Shown: positions 23,950-36,671 of the stretch, piece after piece
Position numbering within the stretch: the stretch's first letter is position 1
Layout: the number at the start of each line of letters is the position of its first letter
Assembly: GCF_964194155.1 (NCBI RefSeq)
Contig: NC_135881.1
Coordinates: 75,578,001 to 75,642,000, forward strand
Origin: Cetorhinus maximus
Lineage: Eukaryota
Direction of reading: 5' to 3'
Length of the DNA stretch: 64,000 nucleotides
The notes under the pieces: model-generated
Databases searched by the model: none
Told to the model about the DNA's origin: nothing
The model's input: the letters and a program-made list of their open reading frames with translations, nothing else
Position numbers and translations under genes: made by a program

Positions 23950-26900
23950 ACTAAAAAACCCAAAAAAGGCAAACATGCTGTTGGGTGTGTACTTTAGGCC
24001 CCCAAACAGTCAGGGAGAGATAGAGGATCAAATTTCAGAGAAATGTAAGAGTAATAGGGCAGTAATAGTAGGGGATTTTAACTAAACAAATATTGACTGC
24101 GATAGTTTTAGTGTGCAAAGTAGGGAGGGAGCAAAATTCTTAAGTTGCATCCAGGAGAACTTTTTTTAGTCAGTACGTAGAAAGCCCAACAAGGGAGGGG
24201 GCAGTTCTGGACATAATATTCAGGATACAGCCGGGCAGGTGGAAGGCAGATCTGTAAGGGAGCCTTTTGGAGATCGTGACCATAACTCAGTTAGATTTAG
24301 GATAGTTATGGAAAAGGGTAAGGTTGGGCCAGGAATAAAAGTTCTAAACTGGGGAAAGGCTAATTTTACTAAGATTGAGATACGATTTGGCCCAAGAGGA
24401 CTGGGAGCAGCTACTTGCAGATAAAACTATGTTAGAACAGTGGGAGGCATTCAAGGAGGAAATAGCGAAAGTACAGGGCAGATATGTTCCTGTAAAGACA
24501 AAGGGGGAGTGGGTGGAACCATGTCCGGAGAACCTTGGATGTCAAAGGACATAAAGGTTAGGATTAAGTAAAGAAGAGAAACCTATGGCAGATATCGAGG
24601 GCTCAATACAGCAGAGTCCCTCGAGGAGTATGAAAAGTGCGGGGGGAATCTTAAAAAAGAAATTAGGAAAGCTAAGGGAGTGCATGAGAAAGCATTGGTG
24701 GGTAGAATAAAGGAAAACCCAAAGGGGTTTTTTAAATATAGAAAGAGCAGGAGAATAGCTAGGGAAAGAGTAGGGCCAATTGGGGACTATAGGGGTAATG
24801 TGTGTGTGGACCCAGAAGACATGGGTACAGTCCTCAATGAATACTTTGTGTCAGTCTTCACAATGGAAAAGGATGATGCAGGTATGGACATTAGGGTGAA
24901 GGACTGTGAAATATTAGAGCAAATTAACACAGAGAGAAAGGAGGTACTAGCCGGTTCAGCGGCCTTAAAAGTGGCTAAATCCACAGACCCGGATGAAATG
25001 TATCCCTGGCTTTTGAGGGAGGTGAGGGGAGAGATATCAGGGGCCCTGGCAGTAATTTTCAAATCCTCTCTGGCCACAGATGAGATGCCAGAGGACTGGA
25101 GGACTTCTAACATTGTCCCATTATTAAAAAAGGGAGGAAGGGATAGACCAGGAAGTTACAGGCCAGTCAGACTAACCTCAGTGGTGGGGAAGTTACTAGA
25201 AAGAGTTCTGAGTGACAGAATATATCTGCACTTGGAGAGACACGGATTAATCAGGGCTCGTCAGCATGGATTTGTTAAGGGAAGGTTGTGTTTGACAAAT
25301 TTGATCAAATTTTTTAAGGAGGTAACCAGGAGTGTTGATGAGAGTAATGCATTTGATGTGGTCCACATGGTCTTTGGCAAGACTTTTGATAAGGTCCCTT
25401 ATGGCTGGCTGGTCAAGAAAGTAAGAGCGCATGGGATCCAAGGCAAAGTGGCATGTTGGATCCAAAATTGACTGAGAGGTAAGAAGCAGAGAGTGATGGT
25501 AGAGGGATGCTTCTGTAACTGGAAGTCTGTTTCCAGTGGGGTTCCGCAGGGCTCGGTGCTGGGGCCCTTGCTGTTTGGGGTGTACATAAATGAATTGGAC
25601 TTTAATGTAGGGGGATTGATCAAGAAGTTTGCGGATGACACAAAAATTGGTAGAGTGGTAAATAGTGAGGAGGATAGCCGTAAACTGCAGGAGAATATCA
25701 ATGGACTGGTCAGGTGGGCAGAGCAGTGGCAAATGGAATTCAACCCAGAAAAGTGTGAGGTAATGTAGTTAGGGAGGGCTAACAAGGCAAGGGATTATAC
25801 TATGAATGGTAGGACCTTGGAAAGTACTGAAGATCAGAAGGAAAAACAAAAATACCTGGAAAAACTCAGCAGGTCTGGCAGCATCTGTGGATAGGAGCAT
25901 AGTTAACGTTTCGAGTCCTAATGACCCTTCAACAGAACTAAGTAAAACTAGAAGAGAGGTGAAACATAAGCTGGTTTAAGGGGGGGGTGGGACAAGAAGA
26001 GCTGGATAGAGGGCCAGAAATAGGTGGAGATAACCAAAAGATGTCACAGACAAAAGGACAAAGAGGTGTTGAACGTGGTGATATTATCTAAGGAATGTGC
26101 TAATTAAGGGTCAAAAGCAGGACAAGCAAGGTACAGATAGCCCGAGTGGGAGTGGGGTGGGGGGAAGGGATCGAAAAAGGCTAAAAGGTAGAGATAAAAC
26201 AATGGATGGAAATACACTTAAAAATAATGGAAGTAGGTGGGAAAAGAAAAATCTATATAAATTATTGGAAAAAACAAAAAGGAGGGGGAAAATCAGAAAG
26301 GGGGTGGGGATGGAGGAGAGAGTTCATGATCTAAAATTGTTGAACTCAATATTCAGTCCGGAAGGCTGTAAAGTGCCTAGTCGGAAGATGAGGTGCTGTT
26401 CCTTCAGTTTGCGTTGAGCTTCACTGGAACAATGCAGCAAGCCAAGGACGGATATGTGGGCATGAGAGCAGGGTGGAGTATAGAAATGGCAAGCGACAAG
26501 GAGGTCTGGGTAATGTTTGCGGACAGACCGAAGGTGTTCCACAAACCGGTCACCCAGTATGCATTTGGTCTCTCCAATGTAGAGGAAACCGCATTGGGAG
26601 CAACGAATGCAGTAGACTAAGTTGAGGGAAGTGCAAGTGAAATGCTGCTTCACTTGAAAGGAGTGTTTGGAACCTTGGACGGTGAGGAGAGGGGATGTAA
26701 AGGGGCAGGTTTTGCACCATCTACGGTTGCATGGGAAGGTGCCGTGGGAGGGGGTTGAGGTGTCACTTTTTCCATTAGTAGAGGGGGTCAATAGCCAGAG
26801 GGAATAGATTTAAGGTAAGAGGTAGAAGGCTAAGAGGGGAGTTGAGGAGAAATCTTTTTACCCAGAGGGTGGTGGGAGTCTGGAACTCACTGCCTGAAAG

Positions 26901-27087
26901 GGTGGTTGAGTCAGGAACTCTTGTAATATTTAAGAAGTATTTAAATATTCACTTGCGTCGCCTTAGCCTCCAGGGCTATGGGCCAAGCGCTGGAAAATGG
27001 GATTAGCGTAGTCAGATCTTTGTTGACCGGTGTGGACACGATGGGCCAAATGGCCTCCTTCTGCGCCGTAAACATCTATGAGTCTAC
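23950..27087 (+). mobile_element. CR1 LINE (endonuclease C-terminus, RT, 3' end) interrupted by Penelope
   Basis: LLGVYFRPP, DHNSVRF, PEDWRTSNIVPLLKKG..QHGFVKG and VPQGSVLGPLLF..KFADDTK; resumes near 26765 after an internal deletion. Confidence 0.95.
25841..26764 (-). mobile_element. Penelope-like element, GIY-YIG endonuclease end and terminal repeat
   Basis: ORF 26324-26791: CNRRWCKTC..NLVYCIRCSQCGFLYIGETKCILGDRFVEH..LGTLQPSGLN. Confidence 0.93.
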
Positions 27088-27960
27088 TGGTGCAGTAACT
27101 TTAACTAATACTAGTGTAAGATATCACAGACTGCAGGGTCATTGAGATCAGCATTTTGCATTGGCAACAAGTTTATGCCTTTATTATTCGGATCAGTAAG
27201 TCGGTTCTAAAATTATAATGCGTCAAGTATTGGCAGAAGATACATGTGTCTTTAACATCGAGTGCTGCGCTTTAGAACAGATTGAAGTCTGTTACCCATG
27301 AAATGTATGCTAATTACTGCCACTCTGAATTTTTCATCTTATATTTAATTGAACTATAATTAAACATAAATTTGCTAAAATGTGAAAGACAAGTATTAAA
27401 GGATAAATCTGAATGAAGTGAACAAGAAGTATACTTTTCACGTAGCATAACCTTAAATCTATGTCAAACTCTACAGTATTCAGTCATTGTTGATGTAGGG
27501 TGAAATAGTGTAACCAAGATACTTAATACTCACACTGTCTTGTGACCATAAAAATGTCTCATGTGAGTGAAGTGTTGAGTTTGGCCTTTTTTTCAGTAGA
27601 ATAGACTAGATGGAGGAAAGAATTGCGGCAAGAAAGATTATTCTGTCCAATTTGCAGATCAAGAACAAGCTATTAGGAATTGCGCGCATTGATTTGACCT
27701 TACCAATGCTGTGTATACTGATGGCTCTCACATCCTAAATGACTATCTGTGATCCCTCTGACAGTCACTGACAGGAGCAGTGAAAGCAATTATAGTTATC
27801 AATGTTTATGCTGCAAGCACCAGAAAAGACATACCCTGTTATTGCACAGTTTATTTTGTACAGTTACAGCAAAAAAATAATGGATATTATTTTCACATGT
27901 AGAGGAGAATTCATATATTTATCTTGAACAACAGATTGTTGGTAAACAATGTTTTTGTGC

Positions 27961-28178
27961 AATTATTGACTTTCCACTGGTTCCGGGAGTCTTGAATCAG
28001 TTCTTCAAAGGGGGTGAACTGAGGAAAGTCTTGTTTCTGCATGATAGTAATTACTGACTTTCCACTGTTTCCGGCAATCTCTTCTCAGTTCTTTAAAGGG
28101 TGTGGGGGCGGCGGGGGTGGGGGGGGGGGGGGGGGGGGGGCGGGACAGAGTGAATATTTGCTTTCTACATGACAGCAA
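27961..28178. repeat. Two-copy tandem duplication (period about 88 bp) with a poly-G expansion in copy 2
   Basis: AATTA(T/C)TGACTTTCCACTG(G/T)TTCCGG at 27961 and 28049; run of 22 G at 28119-28140. Confidence 0.8.
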
Positions 28179-28229
28179 TCCTCAGCATGCATAAGCAATA
28201 CTTTCCTTCAATTTTCTTTTTCAACTTTG

Positions 28230-28520
28230 TCCTGGAGGTGCTGACTCACAATGGGACATTGAACAATGGGCACCAGCAGTCAACTGCTGACATACTGTGT
28301 TAGCTTAGACAGGGGTGTGTCAGTCAGCCATTCGATGATAGTGGTCCTGATCCAACCTTACACATAAAAGTTCTTTCCAACAGAAGTCACTGAATTTTGA
28401 ATAGGAGTAGAAACATGGCTGCTCTTAACCTTCCCTGTGCCAGAGGTACCGAGGTAGCACCCCAACTATTGCCCAAACTAAGCTCATCTAGCTCAATGTA
28501 GATCAAGAATTAAAGTTATT
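28230..28520 (-). mobile_element. Degraded LF-SINE-like element
   Basis: TTCCAACAGAAGTCACTGAA..AGGAGTAGAAACATGGCTG..CCAGAGGTACCGAGG resembles the LF-SINE core as recalled; not verified by search. Confidence 0.45.
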
Positions 28521-30630
28521 GCCTCTGGGCTTGATAATGTAAACACAAAGTACAGCCTGTACCCATGGCAGTGGAGGAATTTTAAGTAACGTTTAAAGGT
28601 TTGGATACCTCAGCGGCACCCTTCAAAGCACATTACATGGGGGTCTACAAAATGCATACGGGAAGATTTTCCTTCTTCACCCCCTTCCACTGCAATCCAG
28701 CACTGAATTAGAGCAGCACGCCAAAGTGTACTACTCCTATCCAGTCTCCAGCTGTGCCAGTATATCTTATATCAGCCATTAACATGGCCCGGAGACAGTC
28801 CTAGCAGGTTCTATCACTAGTATAAGGGGCATAAAAGTGAGGCGGAACGGCAACCCCCTCAGGTCTGCAGCTGCCTGTGAGACTACAGGAATTCAAATCC
28901 TCTGGCTCCCAATGATGCTCTTGGGTGCTTACTGTTGAAAGAATGCACCTACCTTTTAAGTGTCCTGTCTGTTTCTGATGCCCCCAATAGCTTAACTGCC
29001 CAGTGAAGGCTTGGGGCAGGCTGCAGTGCCATGTTTCCTGGGCATATCTACACTGACACTCCCAGCAAGTGTGGTGTCAGGAAATGAGGTAGACGGTGAG
29101 AAATGGTCCCTTCCATCTTAATGAGTTGCCTTTGATTGGCCTGTGCCTAACTGTAGAGGCTGATTTCCAATGCCCTTTCCCAAAGGAATACACCAGAAAT
29201 GAACTCGGCTCTTCCTTTCTTCCAGGTCTTTGTAATCATGTAGATGGATGGAGTGCAGGGGCAATGGTCATAACAGACAGGTCTGTTTTTTTTTGTGCAC
29301 CTGCATCTCATGGGTAAATCATGGATCACCAGTATTGGTATTTTGATGGAAATACAATCCCTGGCTATTAAGGACCAAAATCTCCAGAATCCTGCAAGAA
29401 AAGACTCCCCTGACAGTGGTAAAACAAATCATAACAATTTATTATTCTTTTAATGTAAATTATGACTGAAGTGCAATAATATTCTGATATCTACAGCTGA
29501 TTCAAGCCCTGAATAAAGAAACGTTACCAACATATAAAAGTTAAAATCCAAAAGAAACAGCATAACAATAGTCGCCTTCGGTCTGGTAACCATAAAAAAC
29601 ATTATAAAAAGGTCAGCCTGGCCATCCTTTGAAATGTGGAGCTCTGGCAAACAAGTGTATTATTCAGTGCAAGAGCCACAGGCAAGGGGATTGGACCTGG
29701 ACCACTACAAGTCCTACATATACAGATACTAAATCCAGATTGCTGCATGTAGAAAATCTATTCACTCCATCTCATGAAAAGACTCAAACATTCCCACTGC
29801 TACTGGGTTTTGCAATTATTGTTTTCATTATCCCAATATGCAACCATTATCTGTAGGCCTGTGTAAACTATGCAAAGTTTTTTTACCTGTTTGTGGTTAA
29901 ATATAAACTAAATCAATTTTAAAGGATAATCTGACATAGAGAGAGGATGCTGATAAAGACCTTCTTCACACATGCAAGTGAAACTCAATCTTCATCAAGT
30001 ACAATGAGTATATTTCACTAAATTAATAGAATGATCAATTTTTATAGTTGTATTGTCTCAAAATTAAAGGCAATTAATTCAGAAAAATAGTACATAAATA
30101 TATAAAATGCTAATTGTTCTGACTTAATTTTCAGATTTTATACATATATATAATTATATAAAAATCATATACTTATGATACATATTATTGGAGAAACTGT
30201 CTGAAGTCAGCTTTAGCTCAGAGTTTATTGTTGGAATTGTCCTCGATGCTAATTATATAAACTGGTTCTGTGAAATAATCCCAAATTAATTCTCTAACTT
30301 CATCCTTAAGCATTTAACGTTCACTTTGGTTTGCTTTTTTGGAGAAATATACAAATTATTTATAGAATTAAAGTACCATATTCCCCAGTTCCAGTGCCCT
30401 TTTAGATATACATTAAAAATTTAAAACTCAAATAAAATAGCAGAGTACTAGAGTGTTTGACTCCCAAATGCCAGGTCAGGAGTTCAAGAGTGAAAGATGC
30501 TTTCATTTAAACTTACTTTTTGTTCAACTGTGCGAATGTGTTGCTCCTGTTCTCCTTTAACCTCACTCTCCATATTAACCCATATTAACTTTCCATTTCA
30601 GATGGCCTCTTTATTCCCATCCTTTCAATT

Positions 30631-32620
30631 ACAGAATCACAGAATGTTAACGGCACAGAAGGAGGCCATTCAGCCCATCATGCCTGCACTGGCTCTTCAA
30701 ATGAGCATTATGACCGAGTGCCATTGCCCTGCCTTTTCCCCATACCTGCACATTGTTTCTATTCAAATAATCATCTAATGTCCTCTTGAATGCCTCAATT
30801 GAATCTGCCTCCACCACACTTCTAGGCAGTGCGTTCCAGACCTGAACCACACGTTGTGTGAAAAAGTTTCTTCTCACATCACATTTGCCGCTTATGCAAA
30901 TCACTTTAAATCTCTGCCCTTTAAGTTCTTGATCCTTTTATGAGTGGGAACAACTTCTCCCTATCTACTCTTTCCAGCCCCCTCATGATTTTGAACATCT
31001 CTATCAACTCTCCTCTTCACTTTCTTCACTCTAAGAAGAACAGTCCCAACCTCTCCAATCTATCTTCGCAATTGAAGTTTCTCATCCCTGGAACCATTCT
31101 TTTAAACCTCTTCTGCACTCTCTCCCAATGTGTTCACATCCTTCCTATAATGTGGTGCCCAGAACTGTACACAATATTCCAGCAGAAGCCTAACGAGTGT
31201 CTTATATAAATTCAGCGTAACCTCCTTGCTCTTGTCTCTATGCTCCTGTTAATAAAGCTCAGGATACTGTATGCTTTATTAACTGCTCTCTCCACCTGTC
31301 CAGTCACCTTCAATGATCTATGCACATATACGCCCAGGTCTTTCTGCTCCTGCACCCCCTTCAAAATTTCACCCCTTATTTTATATTGCCTGTCCATGTC
31401 CTTCCTACCAAAATGCGTCACTTCACACTTCTTGGCATTGAACTTCATCTGCCACCTATCTGCCCACTCCACCAACTTGTCTATATTCTTTTGAAGTTCT
31501 GCACTGTCCTCCTCACAGTTTACAACACTCCCAAGCTTTGTATCATCCACAAACTTTGAAACTGTCCCCTGCACACCAAGATCTAGATCATTAATATATA
31601 TCAGGAAAGGCAAGGGTCCCAATACCAACCCCTGGGGAACTCCACTACAAATCTTCCTCCAGCCCAAAAAATATCCATTGACCTTTACTCTCTGCTTACT
31701 ATTTTTCAGCCAATTTTGTATCCACATTGCTACTGTCCCTTTTATTCCATGAGCAATAACTTTTCTCACAAGTCTGTTATGTGGCACTGTATCAAATGCC
31801 TTTTGAAAATCCATGTACACCACATCAACAGCATTACCCGCATCGACCTTTTCTGTTACCTCTTCAAAAAACTCCAGCAAGTTGGTTGAACACAACTTCC
31901 CCTTTAGAAATACATGCTGACCCTTCCTCATCAACCCATATTTTTCCACGTGTCTACTAATTTTATCCTGAATAATTGTTTCTAGAATCTTGCCCACCAC
32001 TGAAGTTAAACTGATTGGTCTGTAATTGCTGGGCTTATTCCTACAACCTTTTTTGAACAAGAGCATAATGTATGCAATTCTCCAGTCCTCTGGCACCTCC
32101 CCTGAGTTTAGGGAAGACTGAAAGATTATGGCCAGCGCCCCTGCAATTTCTACTCTCACTTCCTTCAATATCCTTGGATGCATCTCGTCCGGTCCCAGTG
32201 CCTTGACAACTTTAAGTACTGACAGTCTATTCAACACATCCTGCTTATAAATTTTTAAACTTTCTAGTGACAGAGTTTCCTTGTGCATCACCATGGCCTG
32301 GGTAGCATCTACCTCCTTGGTAAAGACAGATGCAAATTATTCATTTAATATCTCAGCAATGTCCCCTTTGTCCATGTGTAAATTCCCTTTTAGGTCCCTA
32401 ATTGGCCCTATTCCTCCTTTTAGTACCCTTTTACTACTTATATGCCTATAGGAGACTTTGGGATTCCCCTTTATGTTGCCTGCCAGTCTTTTCTCATAAT
32501 CCCTCTTTGCCTCTGTAATATGCTTTTTCACCTCCCCTCTGAATCTTCTGTGTTCCTCTTGTTCTCATTTGTATTTTCTACCTGACACCTGTCATAAGCA
32601 CACTTTTTCTTTTATCTTAC
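30631..32620 (-). mobile_element. CR1 LINE with a nearly intact RT region
   Basis: Contains the 360-aa ORF; ACAGAATCACAGAAT tail at 30631. Confidence 0.96.
31212..32294 (-). pseudogene. CR1 ORF2 reverse transcriptase fragment (360 aa, longest ORF in the window)
   Basis: GPDEMHPRILKE, NYRPISLTSVVGK, VYMDFQKAFDTVPH, GVPQGLVLGP, KFVDDTKL; no endonuclease domain. Confidence 0.92.
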
Positions 32621-32759
32621 AGGCAAGATAGCACAGATCACTTCCTTATAACCCTCACCACTCACTTCCCTCTTTCACCTTCCAACATTATTTCCTTCTG
32701 AGTTTCCTCACATCCTGTTTTAACTCAAGCTCTGACATTGATCAGTTCCTTGCCTAAAA

Positions 32760-33358
32760 TCAACATGATTGACAGCTTGGCTTCCAGTCGAGTGGGGAGC
32801 ACTCTGGGGGAGGCCGCAGGAGCAGATTAGTTTGATCCCCTTCCCAAAGGGTTGGGGGGGTTGGGGGCAGTGTCTGATCCTGAAGTAGGGTACGGAGTCC
32901 AGTTCCCGATCGTGAGGGTGGGTAAAGTGGTTTGATCCCTGATCCCTGATGGGGTCTAACCCAGTGGGGGAGGGATTGCTGTAAGGAGGTGAGCCCTGAT
33001 GGTGGGGGAGTTTGGGGTCTGGAGGAAAGCAATGCTACTCTTCTTGGCCCACAAACTGTGCTGTGAAACTCCTTACGTTCTCCCTGAGCCTGTCTTTACC
33101 TTGCTGCAGCTGCTGGGTTTCCTGAAGCCCAGGACACCCAACAGGCCACTATTAAACCTGCAAAGCAGGTTAAATCTGGGGATCCCAGCCTCATTAACAT
33201 ATTTAAATGTCAAACTGTCTCCTGGCAGCCCATTGCTTGTCCTGCATAAGTAATGCTAGAAGTTAATGGGTTGGGGCTGACATGTTCAGAATTTTTGCCT
33301 GCATAACCCTCCCACATGCACCCAATCCCACCGACTCACCCATGATAAAATTCCCCCC
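32760..33358. mobile_element. Possible non-autonomous DNA-transposon remnant
   Basis: G-rich segment ending in the TIR-like AAAATTCCCCCC; other end not found. Confidence 0.3.
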
Positions 33359-33915
33359 AAAGATGTTTCTGCTTGTGAGAATAGCAAAACCAGAGGCCAT
33401 CAATAAAAAGGTGGTCACCAAGAAACCCAAGAGGGAATTCAGAAGAAATTTCTTGATCCAGAGAGCGGGACGAGAGTCATTAGATGTACAACTTACAACT
33501 TTTCAGAATGTCCAACACCCCAAACCATTACCTTTGGAAACCCCTAAGGATCTATTCTTGGCCCTTTCCTATTTCCCATCTACCTGCTGTCCCTTGGAGA
33601 CATTATCCAAAATCACAACATGAGATTTCTCATCTACACTGATTACGCCTAGTTCCAACTCTTCACTGCTATTTTCAAACACTCTACCATTATGGTCAGA
33701 CTGCTTGTTTGACACCCAGTAGTTGATGATCTGCAATTTCTTCCAATTAAATATTGGGAAGACTGTGACAACCTTTGACCCAGAAGCAGTATAGTAAGGA
33801 AATTTGTAATTCCTTTAAAAGGTCTGTGAAATCTGTAATTGTTTTCAAGAATGTTTGAAAATGACTTTTAAGAATTTGCATCAAATGTAAAGGGAACAAT
33901 TGTAATTTTCTTGGA

Positions 33916-34130
33916 TATGGAATGCACTGCCTGGGAGGGTGGTGGAGGCGGGTTGCCTCACATCCTTTAAAAAGTACCTGGATGAGCACTTGGCACATCA
34001 TAACATTCAAGGCTATAGGCCAAGTGCTGGTAAATGGGATTAGGTAGTAGGTCAGGTGTTTCTTACGTGTCGGTGCAGACTTGATGGGCCAAAGGGCCTC
34101 TTCTGCACTGTGTGATTCTGTGATTCTGTG
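33916..34130 (+). mobile_element. Young CR1 3' end with GATTCTGT tail
   Basis: TGGAATGCACTGCCTGGGAGGGTGGTGGAGGC..GATGGGCCAAAGGGCCTCTTCTGCACTG then (GATTCTGT)2. Confidence 0.9.
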
Positions 34131-34220
34131 AAGAAGAAATACTGGTCCATGTGACCAGGTGGCCCTTGACCTGGAAGCAGAACTCACAGTAAGGAAGTTA
34201 AGAAAAAAGCCATGTGGTTG

Positions 34221-34280
34221 GCAGACATAAAGGAGAGCTGCAGACACAAAGGAGAGTTGCAGACACAAAGGATAGCTACA
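34221..34280. repeat. About 19-bp tandem repeat x3 (GCAGACACAAAGGAGAGCT), possibly within an LTR fragment starting near 33764
   Basis: Three adjacent copies visible. Confidence 0.7.
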
Positions 34281-34739
34281 AGCAGAGGAGCTGGACGGTG
34301 AAAGCCCAGATACAGACACAAAGAGAAAACAGACAGAGACAGAAAGAGGAACCCAGAGAATTCTTGTAAGGAGAAGACGTAAATCACTCCCAGGAAAGGA
34401 TTGTTTTCTTCTATTTGGCAGATAAGGAAGCAGGAGCTCTTGGAGGCAATGTGTGATCTGGCAAAAAGCTTTAACACCTGGAAAGGGGAATAGCTCAGAG
34501 ATGCTAATAAGCTGGGTGCTTTCTCAGAAGTGGCCAAACCATGAACTGAGGTGTTATTGGTTTGTTGACTGAAAAGGAACTCTAGAAAGTTACTCTATCA
34601 GGACTGTCATTACCCGCGGGAGTGCGGATTCTTAAAACTGTGCCTTAATTGCTGATGGTGATTGTTCCCATGAAACTCAAAAATGACAGCTGTTGGATAA
34701 GACCCTTGACCTACCCTGCATGAGTAGAGAACAACCCGC

Positions 34740-34999
34740 TGTTGTGGGCGGATGATCGAGCGGTGGTGGGGGGCGGGGTGAATAATTCCAGCGGGCTGGC
34801 CTTAGAATGATACGCAGATGTATTACAATGAGGTTCCCGATGTCCAATGGCAGGGAACGTGGCCTGCCATTGACAGATTAAGCAGATGATCGCAAACTGG
34901 TTTCATGACTTTGTGAAACCAATTTCCAGCCTTCTCGCCACATTGTCCACTCACGTCGCCGAGCACACCTTATGCCAGCGGGCACGGAAAATTCCACTG
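34740..34999 (-). mobile_element. Isolated terminus of a type-B-like Harbinger element
   Basis: CCTGCCATTGAC..CGCAAACTGGTTT matches the reverse complement of 54040-54085; ends GGAAAATTCCAC. Confidence 0.5.
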
Positions 35000-35159
35000 A
35001 AAGTCAAATTTACCTTATTTGAAGTATCACTTCTTTGTTAATTCATGTGTAATTTGCATTGGTTCTGAGTCATGTTGAAGTAAAATCTACTGAAGTAAAA
35101 TAATGGAATCTTATTCATAATGTCTTCGTTTGGGGGTCATTTTTTGGTTTATTGCTTCC

Positions 35160-35612
35160 CCACGGGGATCACAACAAGACTAAATGTTGCTCAGAAAACA
35201 CAGAGATGATGGATGTATGGTATTTGTTACAGGTTAGAATACAGGCAGCTAGTTTGGATGATCTCAAATTTGTGGAAGGTGTAAGATGTGGGGACCAGCC
35301 AGGAGAGCACTGGAATAATCAATTCTGGAGGTAACAGAAGCAGACAAGTTAAGACAGTGTAGAGATGGGCAATGTTACATTGGTAGCTATAGGCAGTCTT
35401 TGTAATAGAAAGGGTGTAGGATCAGAGCTCAGATTGGGTCAAGTTGAGCCTCCAAACATTGTGATTCAGTCTGAAACAGTGGTCAAGGAGTAGAATGGAG
35501 TCACCATTGAGAGAATGGAGTTTGTGGCAGAAACTGAAAACGATAGTTTTCATCTTTTTGATGTATAATTGGAGGAAATTGCAGCACCTCCTGTAAAAGC
35601 TGTCAGATAGCA
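35160..35612 (-). mobile_element. L2 LINE fragment
   Basis: LSDS..CCNFLQLY.KKMKTIVF on the minus strand; similar to 10860-11280. Confidence 0.7.
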
Positions 35613-35946
35613 CAACAAAAGAAAACTAACAATCAGAGTGAAAAATCACCCCACACCTCTTTTTATTTTGAAAAAAATATTAGTTGCAGCATATAAAACT
35701 TGGCTTCAGTTTAAGGCAGCTGTCTAAAATGGACTGTGTAATATAGCACAAGAATATAGTAAATCTGGTAAGAAGATTACTACAAATAGGGAAATTGCTA
35801 AACCTTAGGTACATCTGTGGATGTAGTTTGCATAACATATAGCATTCAAATCACAGGAGTCAGATCCACTTTCAAGAGCACTGTTAGACTGCGGCATTAA
35901 AAAGACAGTTTCATCAGAACTTTGAAATTGTAACACTTCAGTTAGA

Positions 35947-36058
35947 AAGAATGAACTTGCATTTGTACAACACCTTGTTACTTCTCTCAGACTCAGCCTA
36001 GAGTGTATCACATCATTAAGTGCTTTGAAGCGTCTTTATTGTTGTTGCATAGGGGAAT
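35947..36058 (-). mobile_element. SINE/L2-type 3' tail fragment
   Basis: GAATGAACTTGCATTTGTACAACACCTT, the same tail type as at 8633 and 62415. Confidence 0.5.
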
Positions 36059-36671
36059 GAAGGTTTTGTAAGTTTCAGCAGTTTTGCCTGGGCTCCTGGG
36101 TAAAGCACAATTGTTATTGTTCAATCTGGCGAGTGGCGGAATGGGGAGAGTTGGTGGTGGTAGAAGAAAACTGAAACAGTCTAGATGGGTGCATTCTAAT
36201 AGCTAACGATGAACACAGCTGCCTGGCCTTAAAAGAGCTGATGACCCAAAACTTCCTTTTCAGGCAGAAGCTGGAGCCAGCTGCCTGTATAAAGGCGAAA
36301 ATTGATAACCAACTAAAATTATCCAATGGTATCACATATTATCAATTTCAGTTCTGTATTCTTAATTTTTTGGCATACCTGTAATCTGCTTCCATATTAA
36401 ACCTCCGCAAATACATTGAGAGAATATAGAACTGGACTTTGAAATGGAATATTGAATCTGCTATGTCCATATGTGGGAGAGGGAGAGACTTCTGTCTCCA
36501 TTAGCTGTCATCATGAGTGTTTATTTTATTCTATTCCAGTACCTCCCACACACTATTCTCTTCATTTCACACAAGTGGGTTGTAAAAATAACTCTAAAGG
36601 ATTTTTTTTTGTTTTTCAAAATAGGGTTTTTTTTATGAACTTCATGTAAGGTAACAATAAACTCTTAATAT

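Noticed and set aside
24680-25471. 263-aa ORF as a functional gene
   Set aside because: Fragment of a CR1 ORF2 with flanking stops and frameshifts.
28659-29200. MITE starting at GGGAAGATTTT
   Set aside because: No matching right TIR or TSD identified.
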